Part shown: positions 36,991-50,049 of the stretch, piece after piece
Numbering within the stretch: position 1 is the stretch's first letter
Layout: the number at the start of each line of letters is the position of its first letter
NCBI RefSeq assembly: GCF_009834535.1
Contig: NC_045697.1
Span: forward strand, 93,622,001-93,686,000
DNA from: Camelus ferus
Taxonomy: Eukaryota
Reading direction: 5' to 3'
Length of the DNA: 64,000 nucleotides
Program-made: the position numbers and the translations under genes
The notes under the pieces: generated by a model
Told to the model about the DNA's origin: nothing
Databases searched by the model: none
The model's input: only the letters and a program-made list of their open reading frames with translations

Positions 36991-37296
36991 AAGGGCCATC
37001 AAATTGCTAACCTAAAAAGAAATACTCCATTAATTCCACAACTACTATTATAACACAGGTGGCCTTGAAATACAGATTTTTGTGAAGAATAATAGTGTTT
37101 GAATGATAGTACTGATTAAATTTGTAGACCGATTATTCATCTTTTTATTTCAAGTTTTCCATATAAGTACAGAACTTAAGTAGAAATTTCCTATAAGTCT
37201 GATAATACTTTGTTGTCCTCTTTGTATCCTTTTCCCCCCATATTAACTATCTAGTCATACTTTCATGCACTAATAATAGCAATTGAAGGCATTTAC

Positions 37297-37465
37297 TTTT
37301 TGAAGCAGTAGAGCAGTAGTTGTAATTATATTACTTTTCCTATAAATAACATAGGGATTGATGCCTTTATGATGAAAATGAACCCAAGTGATTGAATATT
37401 TATGAATTAGAATCTTTTTGGAAGAGAAGATGACAGCATTGAAAACATGCAATTACCAGAAATAC
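37297..37465 (-). pseudogene. Candidate pseudo-exon (needs a frameshift)
   Basis: ttttaatcactgtag| ... AAA|gtaaat; lies 182 nt downstream of the 37648 donor. Confidence 0.35.
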
Positions 37466-37647
37466 CTACAGTGATTAAAATGTTAATTAATGACAGTTTC
37501 TTTTATTAGCATAAACAAAATCATACCACATATAGGAAAAATGAAATACTCTTATAATTTTTAAAACTCAAATTTATTCAATCATTGGAGAAAATTTACT
37601 TTCAAATCAGATATGCCAGGGAAGAGAAATAGTCTGTTTTAACTCAC

Positions 37648-37861
37648 TTCCAGACACCAAGTCACATAAAACTCATCATCTAATGCTTGTATATCAAATC
37701 TATCTAATACACACAAATTAATATAAAACATTTTAAAGTTCCTGAAAAGTTGCCTCTTGTTATTCCTCAACATTAAAACCAAAATACTTTGGAATAATTC
37801 AGCAGCAATATTCAACACCAGTACTAAATTTATTCTAAGAATTTGCATGAAAATCAGTCTT
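37648..37861 (-). pseudogene. Pseudo-exon, 214 nt, still open
   Basis: tattttctattctag| ... GAA|gtgagt; phase 2 to 0; RLIFMQILRINLVLVLNIAAELFQSILVLMLRNNKRQLFRNFKMFYINLCVLDRFDIQALDDEFYVTWCLE. Confidence 0.65.
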
Positions 37862-38199
37862 CTAGAATAGAAAATATTTTTGTTCCAATTAATGCAATAT
37901 GTTAACTCAATATAATTTCCTATGTATTTGCATTGTTCCTTGAGTAATGTTTTTCTTTCTCTTTCTGTTTATTCTATCACAATTTAAGGTTTTAATCTGA
38001 CTTTCAACCACTCAGGAGTTTCTTTAATGTATCTCAATAATTAGGGGTTTTCATAGTTGAAAGTATAGGTTCCATTCTAATATTTTATTATACAGTTATT
38101 TCTCTTTAGGATAAAATAATTCTGATATAGTGGGATGTTATTGTCACATTTTAAACCCAAGTTGTTATGAGTACATCTGGTATAAAACATTCATTGTTT

Positions 38200-38675
38200 G
38201 CTCATAGCAGAATTATTTACAGTTGCCAAGATATGGAAATAACCTAGGTATCTATCAACAGATTAATGGATAAAGAAGATGTGATGTGTACACACACACA
38301 CACAATGGAATACTACTCAGACATTAAAAAGAATGGATTTTGCCATTTGCAGCAATGGGGATGGACTTGGGAGGCTTCATGCTAAGTGAAATAAGTCAGA
38401 CAGAGAAAGACAAGTGTATGATGTCAGTTATATGTGGAATCTAAATATATACAACAAACTATTGAATATAACAAAAAAGAAACAGACTCACAGATGTAGA
38501 GAACAAACTAGTGATTACCAATGGAGGGGAGGGACACAATGTAGGGGTAGGGCATTGGGTGGTACAAACTATTGGTTATAAGATAAGCTCAAGGATGTAT
38601 TGACAACACAGGAAATATAGCCAATATTTGTAATAACTGTAAAAGGAAAGTAACCTTTCAAAACTATTAAAAAAA
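38200..38675 (+). mobile_element. 5'-truncated L1 3' end (laurasiatherian L1MA-type)
   Basis: GCCAAGATATGGAAATAACC...GAATACTACTCAG...GAAATAAGTCAGACAGAGAAAGAC...GGAAATATAGCCAATATTTGTAATAACT, then an A-tail. Confidence 0.9.
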
Positions 38676-38899
38676 TCATGGTTCAGTAATTATCATATAT
38701 CTTATGAGGTTCTCATTTATCTAGTAGAAGATATTTTTTGATACTTTCCTTCTGGAATCTCTTCTTAGTACAACATAGTCATTTCATGGATTGAGAATTA
38801 TATACATGTCTACACATCATTGTACTTCATATTGAAATGTCATATTCTGATACATAGTCTATTTCAAAATTTATCATTTCCTCGCTTTTCTTTTTTTCC

Positions 38900-39340
38900 A
38901 GTTTATATTCCAGGGTCCATCAGGTATGTCAATTCCTGACACACATCCTCAAACTCTTCACTTTGACCTAGAGCCCTATCAGACTTTTTACCTATAGTCC
39001 TGATCCTCTCTCCTCCCTTCCTTCACTTCTCTGCAGCAATAATGATCTCATCGCTGTTACCCAGATAAGCCAAAGACTTTTACAAAGAATGTCCTTGCCC
39101 TTGATCTTCCTTCTTCCTGGAAACCTGTTTCCTGGTTTGAACACCCACCTCCTTCTGATCTGTGATCACATGTCACTTTTAAAAGTAAAGACCCTCTGTG
39201 ATGATATTATTTAAAAAAAAATGAAATACTCTCTTTCTTCCCTATCTACGTTATTTTCCTCCAGAGCCCTCATGACCATCTGGCTTACTGTTTATTCTTA
39301 GTGTTATATGTTGATTGCCTTCTATGTGAAGGTAAGCAGC
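38900..39340 (+). mobile_element. L2 fragment
   Basis: CCTTGCCCTTGATCTTCCTTCTTCCTGGAAAC...CACATGTCACTT, resembling the L2 3' region. Confidence 0.5.
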
Positions 39341-41181
39341 GGAAGAAAGTAGATTGTAGGTTTATTTATTTTCACTACTTGAACTATGACACATTGTTTA
39401 CACTCAAAAAAAATTTTTTTTAATAGATAAACTGAGATTTCCATTCCATTTGTTAACAGTTCTCCCTCACAAGGAAACAGGAATACAAGATTACTAACAA
39501 GTTCTTTTGGACCAAAAAAATAATTTATTGAGTTCTTTTGATTTTCAGTGGTTGAACTGCACTTGTATTTCAACAATAAACTGCTTTAAATGTTATCTGA
39601 AACCACAGATCTATCCTTTAGCCCCTCTGAGTCTGATTCTTCTTACTGATTCAATAAAAGATAGAACTAGATGTTCTTTCAGTTTACATCCATCTTAAAT
39701 AGCGCAAAACAATATTGTGTTTTTAAAATCTGGTACATTCCTTTATAGGGCATATTTTATGAGTGATACGGCTGAAAATCTTAGTATTCACTAATATTAG
39801 CTTAGATTTCTCTTCTTCCAAGAACTCTCCTTTAATTTTCAGATGTTTGTTTTCTATGATAATGCTATGTATCCTCTAAGCAGTTTTCTGTTTACTTCTC
39901 CTTATCTTGCTTCAGAATATCAGTACTTGTTAGGAGCAGTCGGCATCAGTTGTTAGTTGCTTTATGACTAGCACCTTTCACAGAGCACAAAACACGGTAG
40001 AAAATCAATACATATGTATTAGTAATAGCTAACATTTATTAAGCCTTTTCTGTAGGTCAGGCACTGTTCTGTTTCACATATATGACTTCATTTAACACTC
40101 ATAAAACCCCATGGGTTTATTGCTGAATTAATAAAAGGAAAGAAAGTTTGACATGGAGTCTGATAAATTTTTCAATTTATGAAATAGGTTGAGAACAAAA
40201 TGATTTGACAAGAGGCAGTGAAAAATTTGAAACTGGAAGAGAGGAACAGAGTAGACCAGAAAACAAGAAAGGCTTTGAAATTCACGGTTTATGTAAGGAA
40301 ACCTTATTTCTAACCTAAAGAAAAAAAATAGGATGATAGGATAAGATGTTTGTTTTAGTTTGTATGGGGATACAGAGTTGGCTAAGGAAAAAGCAGTTTC
40401 CTCATGGAGAACTAAGAGAAGCTTAGGACAGTTACAATGGTTCCAGACAATGAAATACACATATAGAAAGTCTTAAATTATTGCTCTGGTGTTAAGTAAA
40501 TCAATTTTGAGCAGTTTAACAATCGTTATACATTATGGCAACAGTGAAACTCCTGAGAATTCAGCAATCATTTGGAAGTCATCATGAGTGGTAACAGCAT
40601 GTAACTAAAATCTGTTGCAAAAGTGGTGGGTATTTTGCTAACCATTTCTGTTGTCTTCACAGCCGCTGCCCAGAGATGCCACGTTTACTTACTGAGGTCA
40701 TACAATTTTATCAGCTGGGATTTGAAATCTTACCCATGTGACTTCAAATTCTGTGCTGTATTAACTAGGATTGTTTTTTTTCAATATTTAAGCAACATAT
40801 TAATTAATTAATATTAAATTAATTAATTAAAAATCCTGAAAGGAAACAAGCAAGTAAAAGAGATAAAAGCTCATTTGCTCCTTTTGAGCACCGCAATAGA
40901 ACCCCTCTGTTCCATGAAGACTAGCTTAATAACAACTCTGTTAGCTATGCTTCCTTTTTTATGAAAGCTCATATTCCTAAAAGATTCAGAACACCCTCTT
41001 AGAAACTTAAAAACGTTATGTGAATATAAATAAAAATGCTATCATTACTTTAGAATAAAAGCACATCTGATATTAATTAAACAAAGAATTGCTATTCAAT
41101 AAGCTAAATATATAATCTGTATAGCACAGACAGAATCAGCTAAACAATTGCTTTACTACCCCCAGCCCTGAATTCTGATAC

Positions 41182-41424
41182 CTTCTGGCAAGACATTCTC
41201 TGAAAACCACTGTAATGAATGTGACTTGAGCTGGCTCCTGTCCACTGCTCACAAGAGGCACTACATACATTTTTTTTCCCTCAGCCCTCTGTTGAGTGGC
41301 ATCACATCGGTAGAAGGAAATCAGTCTCCACGGAAGAAAGTGCATCATGAAAATGGCAAATCCTGCAAACCAGCGCTGTTTTTCCCAGAGAACCAGTTAA
41401 CATTTGCCAGCACACCCGTGCACT
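41182..41424 (-). pseudogene. Pseudo-exon, 243 nt, one stop
   Basis: (t)n gtacacaccag| ... AAG|gtatca; phase 2 to 2, compatible with exon 37861; VHGCAGKC*LVLWEKQRWFAGFAIFMMHFLPWRLISFYRCDATQQRAEGKKMYVVPLVSSGQEPAQVTFITVVFRECLAR. Confidence 0.55.
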
Positions 41425-42254
41425 CTGGTGTGTACAAAAAAAAAAAAAAAAAAGCAGTGAGAAGTAGTGGCATAAAATGGTTGAAAGTATTATGTTTCTT
41501 TATCTTACTTCAGAATATCTCACTTTAGAAACTCGTCCTTGACATGTGAAAGAAACCCTGATGTTAGAAATTGCCACTGCGTACAGGGTTGTGACAATGG
41601 ACTAACTGGATTCAGAGTTTATTTATATAAATCCAAAGGTTTATGGTTGTAAGAGATTACCGTACTTTATGAACTGAAGTGAAATGAGTGTTATATTTTG
41701 TTTTCCCTAACTTTTCAATATGATTGATGTAGACTCTTAATGTTGTTAATTTTATAAAATGTATTCATATTTAAATAGATATACTTGTTAAGAAAGTGAA
41801 ATCAAGGCAGCTGAAATGAACGCCTGAAATAACACTAGACAGCCTGAGTTATTGGTCTGTATAATGTTTGATTCTTTTATAGATTCTTGCATTTGTTTAG
41901 AAGCTCAAATATTCAAAAGCAAAAATAATCAATTACAACTTGACGAGCAGTTGGTAAAAATAGGTATATGTTTTTGAGTATGAGCCATGGAATATGAACC
42001 CATATATTAAACCTTCAGTTTCTTTTATTTCAGTAAGCACCATTCAAACTTTAAGCTATTTAACTTTCAACATTATAATAAATTAATATCTTATATTTAG
42101 ATCTTGAATTCAGTAACTCTTGTAGATATGTCAGCCTTCTATTCATATTTCTGGGCCAAGATTTAGGTGGCAGGGTTAGAATTTAATATAATTTTTATTT
42201 CATTGTCTTCACTCAACTTAGTAAAGTATCAGTAAATTTTTACTTTTAGTAAAA

Positions 42255-42495
42255 GCAAACAAATACTGAGTTTTTAGTATATGCCAAGAAGTCTTTTAAG
42301 TGTTTTTCATATATCATGTCATTTAATACAAAAACCAAATAAGATAGAATAGTTTCTCAGGTATACTGGTGAAGAGACTGTGACAGAGAGTTACCGTTAA
42401 GGTGCCCATGCTTACGTTTCTAGTAGCTGAGAGAACTAAGGTTTGAACCAAATAGGATTACAGTGCACTTTGTTTTAACTACTAAACTATACTGC
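42255..42495 (-). mobile_element. MIR SINE
   Basis: TACTGAGTTTTTAGTATATGCCAAG...TCATTTAAT...GAAGAGACTGTGACAGAGAG...GGTTTGAACC...TTAACTACTAAACTATACTG. Confidence 0.75.
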
Positions 42496-43129
42496 TGTCA
42501 ACAGAAATAATCAGCAAACAATCCGTAATAGGAATAGAAAAAAGTCTTGTTTGAGCCAAACTGAGAACTGTAGCTGGGGAGGCGGTTTCAGGAAGCATTT
42601 GAATTTTGTTCTGTCCAACTACGAAATGGGGGAGGCTCATATAGTCAAAAAATGCAAAGTTACAGTTAGCTAGAGGAGTTGTTTATCCAGAATTAGAGTT
42701 GAACTGGCAAGAAGTTAAGGGTACTTGTTAAGTAAGGATTGGCTGGGGTCCAAAATGATTGCATGGTTACAAGGAGAAACATTGAGACCATAAGGTTGCA
42801 GTTGACAGCTGATAGCAGATACTGTTTTGAGAAAAGCTGGTGGTGTCCCTGAGTTTGATACAGTTCAGAAAATTAGAGTTCTCAGTGATGTAGGAATGTA
42901 TCTGAAACCACATCCACACTGGCCACCCAGCTCCATTTTGGAGACCTGAACCATAGTTAACTCTGTTTTGAATTTTAAATGTATTTTTTCTTTAATGGTA
43001 AAAACAGTTGTGCAATGCATGTTTGGCAGATTTAGACAGGCAGTTCTAGTTAACTTAAAGTTCAATCCAAGTCATGTATAAGCCAGAATGACTTCCCCAT
43101 ACCTCAACATGTGAAAATTTCTCCCATCA
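42496..43129 (-). mobile_element. ERV1-type solo LTR, 634 bp
   Basis: TG...CA termini with near-TSD CTGC/CTGA; LTR-like text GTCTTGTTTGAGCCAAACTGAG...CAGCTCCATTTTGG...GACTTCCCCATACC. Confidence 0.75.
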
Positions 43130-43649
43130 CTGAGTATTAAATCATGTGGTAATTCACTTACTTGAAAGAAGATATGATAATTTAATAGCATATAGATAGA
43201 TAATGTGAAGCCATATATTTACTATTAAATTAATTAGGAATACATTTTAAAAAATTAAAGACCTTATTAGGAATAAATTTCAAAGTTTGATAATTAACAG
43301 TAAGTAATTTATTTTTATGTGACTTTGAAATTTCTCTTTATTATTTGTATTTTTTTTAATTTGGCTTTTTAGAACAAGGCATACACATTGTGATCCCAAA
43401 CTGTATGAAGAATCTCTTATTTTGAAGAACATTAAGACTTGATAAAGAGACTCGCATGTTACCCAGAGGTATTACACCTGGAGCTGCTTATAGTACTGCC
43501 TCGATGGGACTGTAGATTTTCACATGTCAGGGGCCATATAAGTGAGCTTCATATAGATATAGGTATATTAAATTGTTTATCTGAAAGGGAGAATGTAAGT
43601 CAATGGCTTATGAGCCAAAGGATCTAAGGCAGGATCATTGTTTCTATAG

Positions 43650-45190
43650 CATCCATTGTATCCCTTGTTTGTTTGGAGGTTTGTGTGTGACTGGTAGATT
43701 GTTATCATAATTCAGAATGTGTATGTTTTTGCCCACATTCAAGCAGGCCTTGTAGCTTGGAATTTCCTTCTCTAAGTGCTTCTGAGAGGATATACCCATA
43801 GCCACCCATACAGTCTTCAGACAGCCAGGGAAGCATGGGATTTTATTTTATAATCTGCTGTCTTAGAAGTTGTCTCTGGATCAGTGTGGCTTATTGTTCA
43901 GCTTGTGTTGGCCAGAAGTTTTGCTTAAGATGTTGTGCCAGTGAGGTTTCTACTATTTGATGATCGGTTTGCAGCTTGGCAAAAGCTTTCAGTCTGCCCC
44001 TGTCCTTCTGTTCAGTCTGGTACATGCATAGAATTCCCCAACTCAAGGTTGTCTGTAATCCCAGGAGGGTTCTCCATGGCTGTATTCTCCGTGGGTTCTC
44101 CCCTGCTTGTTCCTGTTAAACTTCTGGGTGTTCTGCTGTCCTGCTTGTTGCTCTCAGTTTCATGGAGCCACTCATACCCTCTGAACTGCTCTCCACCAAT
44201 GTCTCCATTCTCTTCAGCAGTGGTCTTAGGCATGACATTCTTCCAGCTGTGCTCCATATAAAGTCAATATCCTCAAGCAAGACAGTGGAGCTCCTTGTCT
44301 TTATGGCCTGTCCCCCCATTAGGAGGAAACTCTGTGCTAGGGACAGCAGCTGGCTTCTCCCAGAGTGACACCCATCCATGGTCTACGAGCAAGCTCTGGG
44401 CTGTGTGGTAGCTCCTGGTCTTCTTAGCTTGCCTCCTTGTATGGTCAGGCCACTCAAGATGGCTGTTCTCTCGCTCTCTGTACACCCCCTGCTCGACCAG
44501 TGCCTACTTCACCTACACCCTACTCGCAGGACTGACCTTCCTACCTACTTGCCCCAAGCCCAGCTGGTGATTTTTCTTATCAAAGGGGAGGTGAAGGGCG
44601 TGTGCCTCTGATGGTTTCCGTGGTAACCAATGAGCCAACCTAACGTCAATTCCCCTGTAACTGTTAACCTTGCCGCCCCTTGCCACCATGTCCTGGCCAC
44701 CCGTCCAGCACACACGGTGGTGAGTCATGCCAAGACCTTGCTTCAGGCACATTAAGATCCTCCTATCCGCTAAACCACTGATGCCTCTGTCACTGACTCC
44801 AGGCTCTTTCTTCCTTGTTGAAGCTGGGCCACTAGGGGCCTTGTAGGCTTGTGGGGTGTAGTCCACCACCCCTCTTTGGGTGGGACCTCTGCTCTACGAA
44901 TGGACTGAGGCTGTGACAGGGTTGGGGGCAATCACTGCTCAGTATTTCAGCCTATGGCTCCTGAGGCAGAGCCTCTTCTCTAAGTGTACAGGTTTGGGCT
45001 GGTAAAGGGAGCCTGGGTCTTTTTGGCCATATCTGCATGGAATAAAGCTGTTCCAACATGGGCCTTGTTTGGGATGAGAAACCTTTCATCTGCTCTTATG
45101 AAGTGAAACTGTAGTGTTAGACTGGGGTTTGTGGAGGAGACAGAGAAAACCCTAGTCTTCTTGATCACACTCACCTAGAATGGAACACAG
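43650..45190 (-). mobile_element. Old L1 5' UTR region (L1M2/L1M3 5'-like), interrupted by an LTR
   Basis: GC-richer antisense L1 5' motifs: AAGCTTTCAGTCTGCCCCTG, TGTTAAACTTCTGG, CTTCTCCCAGAGTGACACCC. Confidence 0.6.
44438..44868 (+). mobile_element. Solo LTR, 431 bp, probably ERVL class
   Basis: TGTATGG...CCACCA termini, 5-bp near-TSD CTCCT/CCCCT, CAAGATGGC motif, nested in the L1 5' UTR. Confidence 0.7.
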
Positions 45191-47034
45191 GAGTAGTCTT
45201 CAAAACATGACACTGGATATGTGCGGGAAGAGAAAGTTTAATCTTCAGTTTCACACTTAAACTAGATTGAGAAACACTAGATTTAAATTTTAGTGAGCTA
45301 AATCCCTGGTCTCAGTATGATCAGGACAAACCATTTAATCTCTCCAGGCTTCAATTTTTGATTTAGAAAAGAGAAAATTAGATATGACTAATTTCTAATG
45401 TCATAGATATAACTACAAGTTCTATATTTTTAGTTACCAATTAAATACAATTCATAAATAGCCCTGATGTTCTATTTCAGGTTTATTCATTTGTTTATAT
45501 TTGACTTTCTGCTGGTCATAGCATAGGCTACAAACACATTTCAGCAACCATTATAGGAAATTACCTTTGATTTCTGGATTATAATTTTAGATGTATACAT
45601 TTAAACTGAAATTATACTATTAAGATTGATCAAACAGATCTCCAAAATAAAGAACACCAACAGAATAATTTGGAATTCAGGGGGAAAAGAATCAGGCAAT
45701 TTGAATACTAAGAGTTATAGACGTTTCACTCTAACCCTGAAAACTGAACACGTTAATTTATCAATTACTTATTCATTTGATTGACCTGCTAAATTATGTT
45801 ATACTATAATTTACATATTTAAAATCTTTTCACAGTAAGGAGTACTTGGGGAGTAAAAAATCGATCATTATGCATAAATGCATATTGTGAAGATTTCAAT
45901 TACACTGAAGCTCTTTGACCCTCAATTCAAAGTGTTTTAATGATATTTTGCAAATTGAATCCTCATATAAAACTCAGTAGTTTGTTGCTATCTGAGTTTG
46001 AATATACAGCATCAAACACATCATATGTTCGTTCTAGCATCCCGTTGTATTTTGTTGCTGAATACCAAAGCCACTTTTAACTAAAAGGGCAGATTGTACA
46101 TACCTGCTATTGTTTGGAAAGGTTCAGAGGAATACTTTTTTAAGATTAATTCATATTTTGCATTTTATTTTAGAAAATCATTTCATACTTTAAATATTTT
46201 ATTTGTCTATGTTCAGAAGAGTAAAAGGTTCATGAGTAAGGAATAAATAAACTGAAAAATTATAAACTTACACAATAGATTTAACTAATAAGTATGCTAC
46301 ATACTATAGACCTTAAATTAAGATACTGTCCACTTTCACAAGGTACTTTCAATATAGAAGACAGTAATATGAACATAAATATATATGACGTTCCCAATTT
46401 GAAATTTAAATAGAAAAAAATGGAACATTAAGATTTGAAAAAAATTCTTGCTAGTCGTTAGTTATTGATTCATTTAATTGAATAGATATTAAGAGCCCGT
46501 TTCATGCCAGACACTTCACCCAGGAGCAGGAGATGCCCTTAAAATTGCCGATTTGTGTAGAAACAGAAAAAAAATTATAAACCGTATTAAAGAGTAATGT
46601 TTGATGACACAGTGATATAAAATGTGCTCATGCAATTTAGAAAACGTTACATTTGAACTCTATTTTGAAGTATGAATTGGAAGATTCATCAACAGTAGGC
46701 AAATCGAAATGCATAATTCAAAGCAGAAGGAACAGTGTTAGTATTGGCAGAGGATTGCATAAGCGATTTGGATGCTATTAAAAGAAAATTTGGCTTTATT
46801 CTGTAGAAAATTATGTATCATTGTCAGTAATTATCAGACAAATCATTTAAATTGGATAATAAAATGCTCAGACCAAGTTTTTTTTTCTTTTTTTTAATAG
46901 GAAGCAAAAAAGGATTTTAAATTTATCTTAGTCATTGACATAGCAGTCTGTTGTATGCAATTTGCTTTGCTTTACTTGGCAAAATTAGCATGAAATGTCA
47001 CATCAGTAGATCTTTAGAATAATAAAATGTTCTG

Positions 47035-49050
47035 TTTTATCATCCACTTATTAACAGAATAAAGAAAAAACACATGTTATAATCTCAGTTAATGTAGAAA
47101 AAGTGTTTGACAAAATTCAACCCCTTTCTTGATAAAAACACTCAATAAACTAGGAATAAAAGGAAATAATTTCAACACAATGAAGGCCATTTATGAAAAA
47201 CCACACATACTCAGTGGTGAAAGACTAAAATTTTTTCTCTAAGATCAGGAGCAAGATAAGTATCCTCACTCTCACCACTTCTATTTAAAATAGTACTGGA
47301 AGGCCTAGCCAGAGCAATTAGGTAAGAAAAAGAAATAAAAGTCATCAAAATTGGAAAGGAAGCCATCTCTGTTCACAGACGTCATGGTCGTATATGTAGA
47401 AAATTTAAGAGTCCACACAAGTGCATGCGTGCATGCACACAAGCGTGCACACACACATACACACTTGTTAGAACTAATAAAAATATTCAACAAAGTTGCA
47501 AGACACAAAATCAACACTCTAAAAACATTTCTGTTTCGGTACATTAACAATGAACAATCCAAAAATAAAATTAAACAATTCCATTTATAATAGCATCAAA
47601 TATAAGATAAAATACTTAAATATGTGTGTGTGTGTGTGTGTGTGTAGCAATGGAATAGAACAGAAAGACAGAATTTGAAAATAAGCTTTCCCATCCATAT
47701 ATAGTCAAATGATTTTTGACAAGGGTACCAATAGAAAAAGAATATAATCTTTTCAACAAATGATGTTGTGAAGACTGGATATCCAGATGCAAAGGAATGA
47801 AGTAGGATCTTTACAATATACCATATACAAAAATAACTCAAGATAGCTCAAAGACCAAAGCATAAGAACTAAAACTATAAAACTCTTAGGAAAAACTTAG
47901 GGGAAGAGCTTTATAACACTATGTTTGGCAGTGGTTTCTTGGCTATGATACCAAAGCACAGGCAACAGAAGAAAAATAGGTAAGTTAGACATGTAAAAAT
48001 TAAAAACTTTTATGGACACTATGAATAGAATTAAAAGACAACCCATGGAATTTGAGAAAAATACTTGGAAATCATATAACTGAAAAGAGGCTAATATCCG
48101 GAATATATAAAGAATATATAAAGAACCTGTACATCTCAACAACAACAATAACAACGCAACAAATAACCTGATTTAAAAATGGGCAAAGAACTTGAATAAG
48201 CATTTTTCAAGAGACATACGAATGGACAATAAGCACATGAAAGATATTTAACATTACTAATCACTAGGGATGCAAATGTAAAGCACAATGACAAATCATT
48301 TCACACCCATTAGCTTTACTGTTATAAGATACAATAGGCAAAACAAAATAAACAAAAAATAATTGTTGGTTGGAATGTAGAGAAATTGGAACTCTTGTGC
48401 ATTGCTGGTGAGAATGTAAAATGATGCAGCTGCTATGGAAAACATAATGATATTTCCTCAAAAATTAAATATAGAATTGCCATATGACCCAGCAATTCCA
48501 CTTCTGGGAATATACCCAAAAGTATTGAAAGCAGAGACTCAAACAGATGTTTGCACACCCATATTTATAGCAGCATTTTTCTCAATAACTAAAAAGGGGA
48601 GAACAATCCAAATGTCCATGGACAGATAAGCAAAATATGATGCATACACACAATGCAATATTTTTTAGCCTTAAAAAATATGGAAATTCTGACGCTTGCT
48701 ACAACATGGATGAACCTTGAAGACATTATGCTCAGTGAGATAAGCCAGACACAAAAGGACAAATACTGTATGATTCGACTTATGTGAGGTACCTAGAATA
48801 GTCAAATTCATAGAGTAAAAAACTAGAATGGTGGTTGTCAGAGACTGTGGGGAGGAAGATGTGGGGAATTCGTGTTTAACGCATACAGAATTTCAGCTGG
48901 GGAGAAGAAAAAGTTCTGGAGGTGAACGATGGTAATGTTTGCCGGATAATGTGAATATACTTAATTACACAGTTCTGTGCAATTAGAAAGTGTTTAATCC
49001 AGCAACTTTTATGTTATATTTTATTTATATTATTACCACAATATAAAACA
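47035..49050 (+). mobile_element. L1MB-type LINE, ORF2 remnant and 3' UTR
   Basis: Degenerate ORF2 (LNIELPYDPAIPLLGIYPK) and L1MB tail: AAGTTCTGGAGGTGAACGATGGTAATG...TTTTATGTTATATT...ACCACAAT. Confidence 0.9.
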
Positions 49051-50049
49051 GTAACCATTACTCTATGTACTACTCTTTGTGTTCCAACAGATAAATCCTT
49101 CTAGTTTACCAGTCAAACTTCATGACTACATTCAATTTTAAAAGGTCACATTTTATAGTACCCACTTCTTAAGTAATAAGGAGCTCTTGTTTAATTGAAT
49201 TTGTAGCAAGCTGACGAAAATAAAACCTCAGTATTTTGTTCAAGATTCTGACATCTGTTCCAGGTAGTGTTACCTCTAAGTTGAAACTTGACTGGTTAGA
49301 AAATAAGTATTCATCTTTATGCAAGTATTTCCTGGAAGCAAATCACACAGGACAGAAAAGGGACTGTATTTATCATTAATCCCTCTTTCCCATTACAAAA
49401 ATATTATGTTGTGAAAACGTTAAAGTGCCTAAATATTTTGAGATTATATAAAAATTCTTGTCTGAATTCTACGTGGAAATACATTATCCTATGCTTTGTG
49501 TTCAGGAGTTTGCTTAGGTGCAACTTAATAAAGCTAATAAAGAAGGGCTATTCTTTTACCATTCAAATATGGAACATGTTGTGCCAGAAAACTATCCCAA
49601 GGGAGTGATTATCATGTGATAACTGTATCCCCTCTTCTGTCTTATTGTTAATTAAATTAATTAATTAAGTGGTCTTTCCCCAAGTGGACTTGATTTAATG
49701 TGCCGCATGTAATTAGTAGCTCAGAAAATGGAGATGAGATGATTTTGTTCATGGTTACACAAAGTCATGATCCAGTGAACTTTGTAATAATGTAAGTGGA
49801 GGAAGAGATTTTGATTTTTTTTAAATATAAAAATGTTCTTTGTTGGAAAAAGATAAAGCAGGAAGAGAATATTTTTGGCTGAAGTCTACTAAACATATAT
49901 AATCCACATTTGTATTAAAGCTGTTGAAAACAATAGAAGTTGTTTGGGAATATAATATGGAATTCATACATTAATATTAATGGAATACATTTTACCCATG
50001 ACAAGTAATATAACTTGATAGCTAAGAGCACCAACTCTCTGACCACACA

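Noticed and set aside
40692..40765. Apparent minus-strand exon ending in CA|gtaagt
   Set aside because: Sequence TTCAAATCCCAGCT...TGACCTCAGTAAGT is a MIR fragment.
40797..40832. TTAATTAA-rich near-palindrome (similar one near 49645)
   Set aside because: Low-complexity AT repeat, expected by chance at this base composition.
43935..44869. Cluster of overlapping ORFs suggesting a gene
   Set aside because: Lies in a GC-rich L1 5' UTR and nested LTR where stops are rare; no protein similarity recognised.
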